Shown: positions 1 to 11,786 of the stretch, piece after piece
How the letters are laid out: each line of letters begins with the position of its first letter
Numbering within the stretch: the stretch's first letter is position 1
DNA from: Basidiobolus meristosporus CBS 931.73
Lineage: Eukaryota > Fungi > Basidiobolomycota
Assembly: GCA_002104905.1 (NCBI GenBank)
Contig: MCFE01000467.1
Coordinates: 6,219-70,218 of the forward strand
Direction of reading: 5' to 3'
Length of the DNA stretch: 64,000 bases
Notes under the pieces: generated by a model
Databases searched by the model: none
Seen by the model: the letters and a program-made list of their open reading frames with translations, nothing else
Told to the model about the DNA's origin: nothing
Position numbers and translations under genes: made by a program

Positions 1-3000
1 AAAGAAAGATAATCAGCAAAAGCAGCCTGAATATGGAAATGCTGTAACAACTGAAGATAGACTATTCATATCTGCACTAAATATGACCACAAACAAGGAT
101 TCTCAGATGTGGTATATTGACTCTGGAGCATCCCAACACTTCACACACCAAAAAGAACTTTTTACCCAATATCAAGAAATTCCAATAAAGAAGGTTTTCA
201 TGGGTGACAATAGAACACTTGATGCAGTGGGAGAAGGAACTATCCATGTAAACCTTAGAAGCAGTGAGGGAAGCCATACACTGACCTTTAAAGAAGTACT
301 CTATGTACCATAAATAGCCAAGAACCTACTCTCTGTAAGCAAGGCCACAGCAGAAGGACTCAGTTTCAGTTTTGACAATTCTGGATACAGGATCACTGAT
401 CAAAATGGTGCTCATATTGCTTTGGGCATCAGAGATCAGAACCTATACAAGTTGACTTATATTCCATCATATCTGGAAGCCAATATAAGTAACTTAAATG
501 AAGAAACACCAGTGCTTTGGCATTGGAGATTTGGACACATCAATTTTGATTATTTGCGCAAAATAATCAAAGATCAGCTAATTTCTGGAGTGAAAATTGA
601 TCCCCCAGCTAATTTGGAGCACTGTGATGCCTGCATATATGGGAAACAAGCCAGACAACTGTTCAAGAGCTCTGGGCTAATCAAAACCAAGAAAAAATTG
701 GATCTAATTCACTCAGATCTGTGTGGACCTATGCAAAATTTATCCTTACGTGGGATGAAGTATTTAATCACTTTTATTGATGATTATACAAGATACACTA
801 TGGGTCTACTTCATGGAGAGAAAGGAAGAAGCTCTGTCTAAGTTCAGGGAGTTTAAAGCCATGTTGGAGAGAGAAACTGGTGAAAAATTCAAGAAAATAC
901 ACTCTGACAATGGTGGAGAATATACCCCAAAACTCTTCATCCACTTCTGCAAAATTCATAGGATAAAGCAAGAGACTACTGTACCATACTCCCCACAGCA
1001 AAATGGAGTAGCAGAACATGCTAACAGATCAATAATTGATATGAAAAGATCTATGATCCATGATCAATAATTATCCTGTGGTATTTGGGCAGAATCAGTT
1101 GCCACTGCTGTATACCTTAAAAATAGGAGTTATAACAGCATGCTCTGTGATTCTACTCCATTTGAAGCATGGCATGGATACTGACCAAGTGCAGAACATC
1201 TAAGAATATTTGGGTGTACAGCATATGCCTAAAAAACTGGCCGGAAATCAGTCAAAATTTGAACCAAATAGTGTAAAATGCATATTTTTGGGCTACTGCA
1301 ATGAGAGTAAGGCATACAGACTCTACAATACCAAAGCAAAGAAGCTGATCAAGTACAGGGATGTGCTGTTTGATGAAAATTCAAAATTTTCACAAAAAAT
1401 GACATCAGATGATGACAAAAATTTGATCTCAAGTCTACAAATTGTCAGGATTGAATCAGAGCAAAACAATGAAAATTTTTTCACTCCAGAGGACTCTATA
1501 ACCGTGGTTCAGCCCAAATCAGTGCCCAGGAATATCCCAGAAGTGATCATTCCAGTATCAAATGCCCAGAGATCCAATTGGACAAGAAATAGCCCAAATT
1601 ACTATATCAATGAGGGTACAAACTTAGCCTATGCCTATTCAGTCCATGTTGATGAGCCCTAGACTGTAAAAGAGGCCCTAAATAGCCCTCAGACAAAGTT
1701 TTGGAGATCTGCAATGACTGAGGAATATCAGGCCCTGATGGAAAATCAAACTTGGGACTTGGTCAAATTACCAATCAACCAAAAATCAATTGGATGCAGA
1801 TGGGTTTTCAAGACAAAATACAAGGCTGATGATAAAATTGAAAGATACAAAGCAAGACTTGTAGCCAAAGGATACTCTCAAACAAAAGGACTTGACTATA
1901 CTGACACCTTTGCACCGGTAGCCAAGTTTAATTCCATCAGATTAATTTTGGTTATTGCAGCCAAATATAAGTTTTTTATTCATCAAATGGATGTAAAACT
2001 GCATTTTTGAATGGAGAACTTGATGAGGACGTGTATATGGACCAGCCTGATGGGTTTGCTGACCAAGATAACCCCCATTTGGTCTGAAAGCTTGAAAAGT
2101 CACTATATGGTCTCAAACAATCACCAGGAGCCTGGAATTGCAAGATATGATTCTTATTTGGAATCTTTGAGTTTCAAAAGGAGTAATGCTGACTATAGTA
2201 TATACTATAAGCCAGATAGAGCAAGTCCAGTTGTATCAGCTCAATATGCGGATGATCTTATTATAGCCACCAATAACCTAGAAACATTGGAAGAGACTAA
2301 ATCCAGCCTATCTAAGGAGTTCAAGATGTCCAATCTAGGAGAGCTTAATTACTACTTAGGGATTAAGTTCTCCATAGACAGAAGTACCCAGACTATCACC
2401 CTAAGCCAATCCAAGTATATTCAAGATATACTAAAGAAGTACAAAATGGAAGACTGTAAACTGGCAGCTACCCCAATGGAGACAAACCTTGACTTGGTCA
2501 AAACTCAACCAAATCAAGAGTGCTTGGTGCCATCTGAAAGCCCTGACTTTCCTTATCAATCTATGATCGGCAGTCTGATGTATACTATGCTTGGAACACG
2601 TCCAGATATCTCATATTCAGTGGGAGTTGTCAGCCAACATAATCAGAACTATGGATCTGATCATATTGCAGCAGTTAAGCGGATTTTTAGATATCTAAAA
2701 GGAACTGCTGATATCTGTTTAAGATACACTTATAAGGACTCAGAACAGAATCTTGTGGGATACTCTGATGCTGATTGGGGACAAAATTTGGTAGACAGAA
2801 GATCCACCACAGGATACACCTTTCTTTACTGTGAAGGAGCAATTTCATGGAACTCAATAAAGCAACCAACTGTAGCACTTTCTACCACAGAGGCTGAGTA
2901 CATGGCAGCCTGTGAAGCTACAAAAGAAGCAATGTGGTTAAGAAAACCTTTTACAGATTTAGGCCTATGTCAAAAAATGCCTATTACTTTATTTCAAGAT

Positions 3001-3227
3001 AATCAAGGATATATACAATTAGGTAGAAATCCAACTTTTCATGCTAGAACCAAGCACATGGATATTAGACATCATTTCATACGTGAAGCTATAGAGAATA
3101 ACTTAGTTAGCTTAGCTTACTGTCCTACAGATGAAATGATTGCAGACATATTTACCAAACCATTAGCTAGAGACAAGTTTGAATACCTTAGGTCAAAATT
3201 AGGACTAGTCAGTATGAACATTTAGCT

Positions 3228-3236
3228 GAGTGGGAG
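3228..3236 (+). other. Polypurine tract of copia copy 1
   Basis: GAGTGGGAG lies immediately 5' of the LTR start TGTTG; the same tract appears inverted at 57033-57041. Confidence 0.9.
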
Positions 3237-3568
3237 TGTTGTAAAAATTTGTATTTCCACCTAAATATTCACCTAACTTAGTCACTTAGATCATTACCTT
3301 CAAATCCTAGAGAATACTGACCAAATTCCTTGTTGGGATTTACTTAGAATATTTACCCAGAACATGAAAATTAGATAAGTTGTCCAAACAGCCCCAAACT
3401 CTGCACACATGCTCTTGGGACCTTCCTTAACCTATTCTACGTGTTTGTAATGCCAAGACCAGGTAAAAGTATAAATACTACTTTTACATTCAATAAATCA
3501 TTAAGTGAAAACTATATAATCTACTTGTTCTCCCAATCACTTCCAATATCTCCAAGACTCTTACAACA
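3237..3568 (+). repeat. 3' LTR of copia copy 1 (332 bp, short subtype)
   Basis: Terminal inverted repeats TGTTGTAA...TTACAACA; TATAAATA at 3470-3477; AATAAA at 3492-3497; homologous to the LTRs at 57689 and 61472. Confidence 0.95.
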
Positions 3569-3861
3569 GTTTTCACTTAGTGATTTATTGAATGTAAAAG
3601 TAGTATTTATACTTTTACATGATCTTGGCATGACAAACACGTAGAATAGGTTAAGGAAGGTCCCAAGAGCATGTGTGCAAAGTGTGGGGCTGCTTGGACA
3701 ACCTTGAGAAGTTTCATGTTCTGGGTACCTGATGTTTTGGTAGAAATACTCAATGTAAATCCCGACAAGGAACCTGGACAGAATTCTCTAAGACTTGTGA
3801 GTGATGGTCTAAGAGACTAAGTTAGGTGAATAGCTAGGTGGAACTACAAACTTTTACAACA
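3569..3861 (-). repeat. Inverted copia LTR (long subtype), missing its last ~50 bp where copy 1 abuts it
   Basis: Reverse complement starts TGTTGTAAAAG at 3861 and aligns by eye to LTR 56685-57032 up to GTGAAAAC. Confidence 0.9.
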
Positions 3862-4130
3862 AATGTAAGGTAGTATTTATACTTTTACATGATCTTGGCA
3901 GAAAAAACATGTAGAGTATGCTTAGGAAGATCCCAAGAGCATCTGTGCAAATTTTGTGACAGTCTTGACCACTTTGAGAAATCCAATGTATGGGGTACCC
4001 GATGTTTTGGTGAAAACATTCCAAGTAAATCCCAACAAGGAATTTGGACAGATTTCTCTAAGATTTGTAGGTATTGATCCAAGTGACTAAGTTAGGAGAA
4101 TATTTAGGAGCAATTACGAGATTTATATCA
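3862..4130 (-). repeat. Second, more diverged inverted copia LTR fragment
   Basis: Repeats gtagtatttatacttttacatgatcttggc...aagtgactaagttagg with many substitutions; ends in atttatatca, a degenerate version of ttttacaaca. Confidence 0.85.
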
Positions 4131-4370
4131 TATTCCAGTTCATAGTACAAGAATTAAGTATATATACACTATTCAGTGAGTACCTCGAGGAAGTTTGAGG
4201 GCATCCGCATTCAATTTCTAATTTACATGTTGATATGCCAGTCAAAGGTATATTATAATGCATGGACAACCACTGTAGCATACCCAACGGATGTCGCGTC
4301 TCTTCACCCTGGAGGATATCCGATTGAGTCTATACAAACGACACTCAGAGTATGGTAGGAGTCGGATATT

Positions 4371-4417
4371 CTGTATGTAGCTGTACGGGGCTGTATGTAG
4401 CTGTACCGGGGCTGTAC
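4371..4417. repeat. Short tandem repeat, ~20-bp unit, about 2.3 copies
   Basis: ctgtatgtagctgtacgggg / ctgtatgtagctgtaccgggg / ctgtac. Confidence 0.85.
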
Positions 4418-5764
4418 TGAATTCTGGAGGGAATGGTGCACTAGCTTAAAATCTAGCATTTCAGCAGCATTTCATTTGATGAAACTCAAGGAGCTTCTCT
4501 ATTTCGGTTCTTTACAAAGTGGTCTCTGTAGAAGGGCTGCTGAGGGTACGAACATATGTCAGGAATTTTCAAAGAGCGAACAAGCGTGTCCACTCTGTGA
4601 AGGTTTTTAACATAAAGGGTCTCGGAAGACATGGAATTTTTCTCTTTTAGGCAAGCGAGTTTGGGTAAAATTTCCAGCATGTTGCAGCTATTCAGATAAA
4701 ATATTGTGGAGTTTAAATGTTTAACCATTCATTGCGGAATATGGCAAACGACCGAATATTGAGTCTTACGTGTCTATTTGCCTAATATGAGTATGCCCTT
4801 ATATACTGTGTGTACTTGCCATATTCATCTACTACCTTGTATATCATATCCGCCTGCCTGATATGCTCGTACCCATATATACTGTAAAAGAATAGCCAAA
4901 AAGAGAATATTTCGATTGATGGCTTGAAAAGGTGACGTGATTACCAGCCTTCAAGACAGCAAGGAAAGCATAGAGCAATCTGGATAGTGAACAGGAGCGA
5001 ATGTCGAGCGCACTACAAGAACCAGAGCTGAAGCAGTTGGACGTGGCCCATCTGTTGAATCACTGCTTCTTTAACTAAACCCAACTCTAGGTTGAAAGCA
5101 ATCCGGATAAAAAATAACCGTATTCAGAAGATCTTTGTCGATTTAAAGCACATATTAGGTAGCAACTTTGCTGGTAGTGCGGATAGAAATACCAGGCTAC
5201 GAGCCACATGTCCAACAAGGTGCACGTTAGGTTGAGTAAGTAACCAAATAGAGTATAGTTTAGATATATCCTTGCTAATTGCCAATTAAAGAGCCTGAAG
5301 GGATTAGGCAATCATCTTTTGCCATTTTTAGAATACTGAATGGCCAGTAAGGGGACCTTACCTGCCTTGCGGAAGGAAATAACCATTTTAAGGCGATCGA
5401 TGAGATCCCAAGTTTGGAACTCTACATTCGAGGAAATACCGCGTATGGTATATTTCCATTTAGGATTAGCATTCTATCGGTTAGCAATAGAGACATGAGT
5501 TTGGGACGAGAAGATATCAACCTGGTAAATACTACTCATCGCTACATCAGGCACGGAAAGCAGCGAAAGCACCAAATTTGAGTGGATTGGGTATGGACGA
5601 TCTAGACGTTTGTATGGTAAACATACCGACCGGAAGGCGAACCGGGAAACCAAATTTCTAGCGAGGCAGGAATTTTATAAATACCATTAGCTCAACCGTT
5701 ATGTCAGGCAAAAATCTTTTTCACCCTACCACTCTCCCATTTTCCACGGTAGATCTTAATCAAA

Positions 5765-8272
5765 ATGAGACTCGTCCCCAGAGAAATGGATAAGCTTATG
5801 CTTCACCAAGTTGGCTACTTGGCCCAGATGCGTCTTGCCAGAGGTATCCAGCTCAACCACAGTGAGGCCAGTGCCCTTATCGCCTCCCAAGCCTTGGAAT
5901 TCATGAGAGATGGTAAGCACTCTGTTGCTGAAATCATGGACCTCGGTCGCCAGTTCTTGGGTAGAAGACATGTCCGCCCTGCTGTCATGGCCACTCTTCA
6001 CGAGGTTCAAATTGAAGGTACCTTTACCGAGGGTACTTTCTTGGTTACCATCCACGACCCCATCTGTACCGATGATGGTAACCTTGAGCTTGCTCTTTAC
6101 GGATCCTTCTTGCCTATTCCCTCCATGGACATCTTCCCTGCTGTCGCCCCTGTCGACAAGAAGGCCCTCCCAGGATCTTTGGAGCTTCGCACCGAGAAGA
6201 TCGTTCTTGTCCCCAACAGAGAGCGTGTTGCTCTTGTTGTTACCAACAACGGTGACAGACCCATCCAAGTCGGTTCTCACTATCACTTTGTTGAGACCAA
6301 TGCCGAGTTGTGCTTCGACCGCGGACTTGCTTACGGTCGTCGCCTAGACATTGCCGCCGGTACTGCCGTCCGTTTCGAGCCCGGAGAGTCCAAGACTGTC
6401 TCCTTGGTCGATATCGGTGGTGACCAAGTCATCACTGGTGGTAACAACATCGCCACTGGACCTGTTGATCGTTCCAGAGTCCCTGAAATCATCGAGCGTT
6501 GCAAGCAACTCAACTTCCAACACCGTGAACAAGAGTCCCTTCCCGCCCCCGCTCCATTCAGCTTGGAGCACTCCACCTATGTTGATATGTACGGCCCCAC
6601 CGTTGGTGATAAGGTTCGTCTTGGAGACACCGACCTCATGGTCGAGATCGAGAAGGACTTCACCGTCTATGGTGATGAGTGCAAGTTCGGTGGTGGCAAG
6701 GTTCTTCGTGAGGGTATGGGCCAACAAACCGCCGTTTCCGATGATGATTGCCTCGATTTGGTCATCACCAACTGTGTCATCTTGGATCACTCTGGTATCA
6801 TCAAGGCTGATATTGGTATCAAGGACTCCATGATCGTTGGTATTGGTAAGGCTGGTAACCCCGATGTCATGGACAACGTTACCCCTGGTATGGTGGTTGG
6901 TGCTTCCACCGAGGCTTTGGCTGGTGAAGGACACATCTTCACTGCTGGTGCCATCGATACCCACGTTCACTTCATCTGCCCTCAATTGGCTGAGGAAGCC
7001 CTCAGCAGTGGTATCACCACCATGATCGGAGGTGGAACCGGCCCCAACACCGGTACCAACGCCACCACCTGTACTCCTGGTGCCAACCACATGCAATTCA
7101 TGCTTCAAGCCACTGACAGCGTTCCCATGAACATGGGTTTCACTGGTAAGGGTAACTGCTCTGATGCCGAGGCCCTCCGTGAGCAAGTCAGAGCCGGTGC
7201 TCTTGGTCTTAAGCTTCACGAGGATTGGGGATCCACTCCTGCTGCCATTGACAACTGCTTGAGTGTCTGCGAGGAATTCGATGTCCAGGCCACCATTCAC
7301 ACCGATACCTTGAACGAGTCTGGCTACGTCGAAGCCTCCATCGCCGCTTTCAAGCAACGTACCATCCACACCTATCACTCCGAAGGTGCTGGTGGTGGTC
7401 ACGCTCCCGATATTATTCGTGTCTGTGGTGAGGAGTCTGTTCTTCCTTCCTCCACCAACCCCACTCGTCCTTACTGCAACAACACTTTGGATGAGCACGT
7501 TGATATGTTGATGGTCTGCCATCATCTTGACAAGCGTATCCCTGAGGATGTTGCCTTCGCCGAATCCAGAATTCGTGCCGAGACCATCGCCGCTGAGGAT
7601 GTCCTCCACGACATTGGTGCCATCTCTGTCATCTCTTCTGATTCTCAAGCTATGGGACGTATTGGTGAGGTTATCTCCAGAACCTGGAAGACCGCCCACA
7701 AGAACAAGGTCCAACGTGGTCACTTGGCTGGTCCTGAGGAGAAGGGTACCCCTAACAACGACAACTTCCGCGCCAAGCGTTATGTTTCCAAGTACACCAT
7801 CAACCCTGCCATCGCCCACGGTTGCTCCCACATGATCGGATCCATCGAGGTTGGCAAGTACGCCGATATTGTCATGTACAACCCTGCTTTCTTCGGTACC
7901 AAGCCTGAACTCATCATCAAGGGTGGTGTGATTGCTTGGGCCAACATGGGTGACGCCAACGCCTCCATCCCTACCACCCAACCTGTTGTTGGTCGTGGAA
8001 TGTATGGAGCTACCGGTAACGGAGTTCGCGCCATTGCTTTCGTCAGTCAAGACTCCATTGATACTGGTGTCATTGCCAAGTACAACCTCAAGAAGCAACC
8101 TGTTGCAGTCAAGAAGTGCCGTGGTCTCAAGAAGTCCGACATGAAGCACAACGGTGTTACTCCCGAGATCAAGGTTGACCCCGAGACCTATGAAGTGTAT
8201 GCCGACGGTGTCCATATGATCTGTCCTCCTGCCACCGAATTGCCTATGGCTCAAAACTACTTCATCTTCTAA
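5765..8272 (+). CDS. URE1: Urease, eukaryotic single-chain gamma-beta-alpha fusion, 835 aa, intronless
   Basis: Nickel-site motifs [47 protein letters not shown] and [12 protein letters not shown]; fungal-type N-terminus; upstream TATAAATA near 5677; downstream AATAAA. Confidence 0.98.
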   Translation: MRLVPREMDKLMLHQVGYLAQMRLARGIQLNHSEASALIASQALEFMRDGKHSVAEIMDLGRQFLGRRHVRPAVMATLHEVQIEGTFTEGTFLVTIHDPICTDDGNLELALYGSFLPIPSMDIFPAVAPVDKKALPGSLELRTEKIVLVPNRERVALVVTNNGDRPIQVGSHYHFVETNAELCFDRGLAYGRRLDIAAGTAVRFEPGESKTVSLVDIGGDQVITGGNNIATGPVDRSRVPEIIERCKQLNFQHREQESLPAPAPFSLEHSTYVDMYGPTVGDKVRLGDTDLMVEIEKDFTVYGDECKFGGGKVLREGMGQQTAVSDDDCLDLVITNCVILDHSGIIKADIGIKDSMIVGIGKAGNPDVMDNVTPGMVVGASTEALAGEGHIFTAGAIDTHVHFICPQLAEEALSSGITTMIGGGTGPNTGTNATTCTPGANHMQFMLQATDSVPMNMGFTGKGNCSDAEALREQVRAGALGLKLHEDWGSTPAAIDNCLSVCEEFDVQATIHTDTLNESGYVEASIAAFKQRTIHTYHSEGAGGGHAPDIIRVCGEESVLPSSTNPTRPYCNNTLDEHVDMLMVCHHLDKRIPEDVAFAESRIRAETIAAEDVLHDIGAISVISSDSQAMGRIGEVISRTWKTAHKNKVQRGHLAGPEEKGTPNNDNFRAKRYVSKYTINPAIAHGCSHMIGSIEVGKYADIVMYNPAFFGTKPELIIKGGVIAWANMGDANASIPTTQPVVGRGMYGATGNGVRAIAFVSQDSIDTGVIAKYNLKKQPVAVKKCRGLKKSDMKHNGVTPEIKVDPETYEVYADGVHMICPPATELPMAQNYFIF

Positions 8273-8306
8273 GCAACCAACCAACCGAACGTGTACAAAT
8301 TTCGAA

Positions 8307-8386
8307 GAATAAATATAGAATTGACGATATTTCCATGTTTTGCTGAGTTGAATAAATATAGAATTAACGATATCTCCATGCTTTGC
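8307..8386 (+). repeat. 43-bp tandem duplication containing the urease poly(A) signal
   Basis: gaataaatatagaattgacgatatttccatgttttgc at 8307 and gaataaatatagaattaacgatatctccatgctttgc at 8350. Confidence 0.85.
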
Positions 8387-8542
8387 AGTTTAGTTCGTCC
8401 AATTGATAGAGTTGAAATCACGATGGCTATGTAGATCGTATCCAAAAAATCCTGAGAATCTTACCCTCTTACAAATCAACTGCTCCGCAGCAATGTTGGA
8501 CCTATAAAACCACCGCTTCTAAAGCTCCAAGCAAATCTGAAG

Positions 8543-8932
8543 ATGGAATACGTGCAATTCCGTGTAGCAAGACCCACTGACCAGCTGGAGAAGGTAATTG
8601 AGTTCTACGGCGAGGGCCTTGGGCTTGAGAAGATAGGCTCGTTTGAAAAACACGCTGGGTACACCGGGGTGATGTTTGGCCTTCCCGATAAGAAGTACCA
8701 TCTGGAATTTACAACCCACGAACTGGGAAGCCCATGCCCCGCTCCTTCCAAGGACAATCTTTTGGTTTTCTATATTCCAGACAAGGCGAACATACGTAAG
8801 ACCGTGGATAGGCTGAATAAGCTTGGCTATTACGAAGTCGAGCCCGAAAATCCGTACTGGAAAGTGGGTGGCAAGTCGTTTGAAGACCCCGATGGTTGGG
8901 GGATAGTGTTAATGAACAATGTTCTACCATAA
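8543..8932 (+). CDS. VOC/glyoxalase-superfamily protein, YycE-like, 129 aa, intronless
   Basis: Motifs RVARPT, GYTGVMFGLP, HLEFT, DNLLVFY, ENPYW and FEDPDGW match the bacterial YycE-like VOC family as I recall it; TATAAAA near 8503. Confidence 0.9.
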   Translation: MEYVQFRVARPTDQLEKVIEFYGEGLGLEKIGSFEKHAGYTGVMFGLPDKKYHLEFTTHELGSPCPAPSKDNLLVFYIPDKANIRKTVDRLNKLGYYEVEPENPYWKVGGKSFEDPDGWGIVLMNNVLP

Positions 8933-9092
8933 ATTGGCGGCGTGGCTTGCGAAAATATCACGATTAGTTGACTTTAATATCACAATTGTTTGCACAATGC
9001 ATAGATTTAACTTAATTAAACATGTACATCAAGTCGACTGGATCCCTTTTTGGCCCAAAGTGCCGATTGAGGTTAAACTGGTTGATTCCTTT

Positions 9093-9146
9093 TATTCAAG
9101 TAATGTCGACTACTGTTATTATTCAAGTAATGCCGACTACTGTTTA
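9093..9146. repeat. 27-bp tandem duplication
   Basis: tattcaagtaatgtcgactactgttat followed by tattcaagtaatgccgactactgttta. Confidence 0.85.
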
Positions 9147-10661
9147 TGGGTAGTTTCTCTTCTATCCACCTCGCAACGTATGTGTGGAAAGTTCCGATCA
9201 AGTTGACGGATTTATAGCGTGTTGAGTTTTCTATTATACATGCAACGGTGAGTATCTTTTCGTGTAGTTAATCGATTTCCCCAACCCATGACCTCTTAAT
9301 CAACTCACAATGTGTTCTTCCGTCGAGTTAAACTGGTCAATGGATTCATGTGTTGTTTGCTTTCGAATCAGCGTTATGATATGATTCCACGATTAAGAAC
9401 CAGGCGCCGATTCTATTCTTGGGCAATCGACTCCAATTTATACATCAACACAATAAGCTCAGACTGCATCGATAATGCATATATTCAACTCTCCCCCATC
9501 AAATGTATGCAGTACACATTGTATTTTTCTTAATTTAAACTTCTCGTCTTCTGCTCTCGCGCCATAGAAGATTTCCAAGAGCTGGCTGTATCAGCTAGAC
9601 TCTGCCTGGAGCTTGAAGACCCACCAAGAATAATCTCTCCACAATCATATAACCCCTTTTGGGATTCCTCTTTTAAACTCTATAATTTAATATCGATTAA
9701 GAAAGCTCTGTACCACGATCGTTGACTATTTCTTTGCTTTTACTAAAAGCCAGTACTCGTCTCTTCCCCCAAATGCCGCCCGCCTTAACCGTGAATCCTA
9801 TTTTCCGTCCTTTACCCAATCTTAAAGACAAACCCACAAATATCTATGGTTAGCTCGTTTACAGTCTACTGGAACTGTGCTGAAGCTAAATAACCTCCCT
9901 TTCTTCCCAGGAAACTGCTTTGAGCCCATAAGAGAAAAGGAGTTGGCAAAGATTCTTGCGGCCTTATCCGAAGCTACTACTCCTAGCACCAGAAAAGGTA
10001 GGTCCTCCTTCCCTTATTTATATGGGGGACTTGAGCGAACGCTGACTCGATTCACTTCTGTGTAGACATTCTTTTGTCCAAATCGACAACATGTTGGATT
10101 ACTTGCAAACAACTAGGTAGGAAGTTATAGTTGGTATGTCACGTGATATGAACCCCAGTTCCAACACAAATCTCACCATCCAGGTCAAATATTCCACCAC
10201 CTACCCTATCCTGCAGAGCGGAGATTCGCCACAACCCTTTTCGCGCCCAAGATAGTTGATCGATATTACAGGCACCAGGATCTCTTTTCGAATCTGAAGA
10301 CTGACACACCAACTGAAAAATCCATCTTGCGTGAGATTATCCTACAAAGGCGTTAAACAGCCACCACAAGCCATGTAATTAGAGCCTTTTGGAGCTCATT
10401 TTGTTAGTTCTTGATCAATAGAAGAGTTGTACATACTTTTGTAACCTTCATGTACAATAACCTGCAATTAAGTAAAAAGCCAAGATCTCTTTCGAACCTT
10501 TGGAAAGAGTAGCCACCACATTCACTGAGTGAAGTGTAACTTGATTTATTCGTATGATATCTATCGATACAATGTATGTGGGAATATTAAAATGCTTAGT
10601 CTTTGATAACTCTGCTTGCGACACTTCACATACACCATGAGAGTATCGCTTCCAAAGAAGA

Positions 10662-11475
10662 TTACATCCGCTCCTTGAAATCCCCCAGTTTGGCGCCGAT
10701 CGAGTCCAATCTATCTAGCGCCATCTGTGTTTCTTTTACTGCTGCTCTACGAGCATCTCTGACACTTTCAAATTCGGAAGAGCTAACCACGCCATCCAAG
10801 GCGAAGAGTGCCTGCATCAGTTGTTCATTAAGATAGTTCCGCAGATTTTGTAGTTTTCCACGCTCTTTGATCTCGTGTGAGGCTTGATGACTAACAAATC
10901 TAGCCACTTCCAGCTCGAACTCATCCAGCTGCGGAAATATCTCCCGATGCGTCTTCTCCAGTAGCTGTTGGATCCGGCTGATCAACTGAGATTCCTCTGT
11001 AGAGCCTGGATTGGGCGGGATATCCTGAGAAACAAGGTAAATTTCGGGGAATATTCAAGGTATCCACCGCGTAGACAGATGTTTACCTCAGGCTTACTTC
11101 CAATAAGCATTATTTTGGAACCCATTCGTAGACCATAGCTAGCCAACGTTGCGGTGTCATCTTTCATTACCACTTAAGGAATCAGGTGTTAATTATGCTC
11201 TGAAGGAAAACAAACGAAAACTTCAGATCCCAATGCGCATTACTATCAAGAGGTTTCAACAGCGCTCTGAAGTTGAGCAACCATATAGGAGGTCAAAAAA
11301 AATAAGGATCAATACCTCCGGTGACCAAGAGTTTCATGGAAGCGGTAGGTATGCCGGTGAGTTCCGAGCATCGCTCTTTTAGCTGGGCAAGGGTGGTAGC
11401 AGAAAGAGAAGACTCGGTATACTCAAGGTTGAAAATTTCCCGCTTCCACTTGACCTGAATGAAGCTCATGTTCAA
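10662..11475 (-). CDS. Ubiquitin-like plus BAG domain Hsp70 co-chaperone (BAG1/Bag101-like), spliced
   Basis: Spliced UBL (IQVKWKRE..LKERCSELTGIP..MKLLVTG|VVMKDD.TLASYGL..GSKIMLIG) followed by BAG helices (YLNEQLMQALFALDGV..VRDARRAAVKETQ..LDRLD); first intron about 11315-11174. Confidence 0.9.
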
Positions 11476-11553
11476 CTACTACTGAATGTAGAATTCTGGT
11501 GCTACACTTGACTTGAATAATAAGCAATTTCTAACAATGCGCCCATCCCTGAA

Positions 11554-11563
11554 GTCACGTGAC
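11554..11563. promoter_or_regulatory. Palindromic E-box GTCACGTGAC in the BAG/KATNB1 bidirectional promoter
   Basis: Perfect 10-bp palindrome between divergent start codons; bHLH (Cbf1/USF/TFEB-type) consensus. Confidence 0.6.
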
Positions 11564-11786
11564 CAGGGGTTGCTTTGTTTTGGAATCCATCTCTAAACAG
11601 ATTTTCATTGTTTACCTCTAGAAAGCAACCCATTTCTTTCCTGGATTGGTAAATAATTTTTTCGTTCACTTGCAATTGGAGTCCATCCCGTAAACACGCT
11701 CCTTTAATCACCATATCAAACACCAACTTCATAAACACCACGTTGGCCCCACCTTATCGAAATACAGACCATAGTTTTAACGAATA

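Larger units (their letters stand above)
1..3568 (+). mobile_element. Ty1/copia LTR retrotransposon copy 1, 5'-truncated by the window and degenerate (PR-IN-RT-RH plus 3' LTR)
   Basis: Protease WYIDSGASQH, HHCC zinc region WHWRFGHIN..CDAC, integrase DLCGP/SDNGGEY/NGVAE, RT ARLVAKGYSQ/YADD, RNase H YSDADWG/STTEAEY/TKHMDIRHHFIRE. Domain order is IN before RT. In-frame stops at 311, 1068 and 1660; frameshifts near 796, 1998 and 2148. Confidence 0.97.

Noticed and set aside
3441-3644. Small ORFs in LTRs (also 56600-56872 and the upstream parts of 57782 and 61693)
   Set aside because: They are translations of LTR DNA with non-ATG starts and are not conserved as ORFs between copies.
5765-8272. Urease as a bacterial HGT because it lacks introns
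   Set aside because: The single-chain gamma-beta-alpha fusion and the N-terminus are of the fungal/plant type, and the codon usage resembles the host's cytochrome c and H2B.
5756-8284. Long antisense ORFs (646 aa and 176 aa) over urease
   Set aside because: They are in codon register with urease and result from its avoidance of TTA, CTA and TCA. No recognisable domain.
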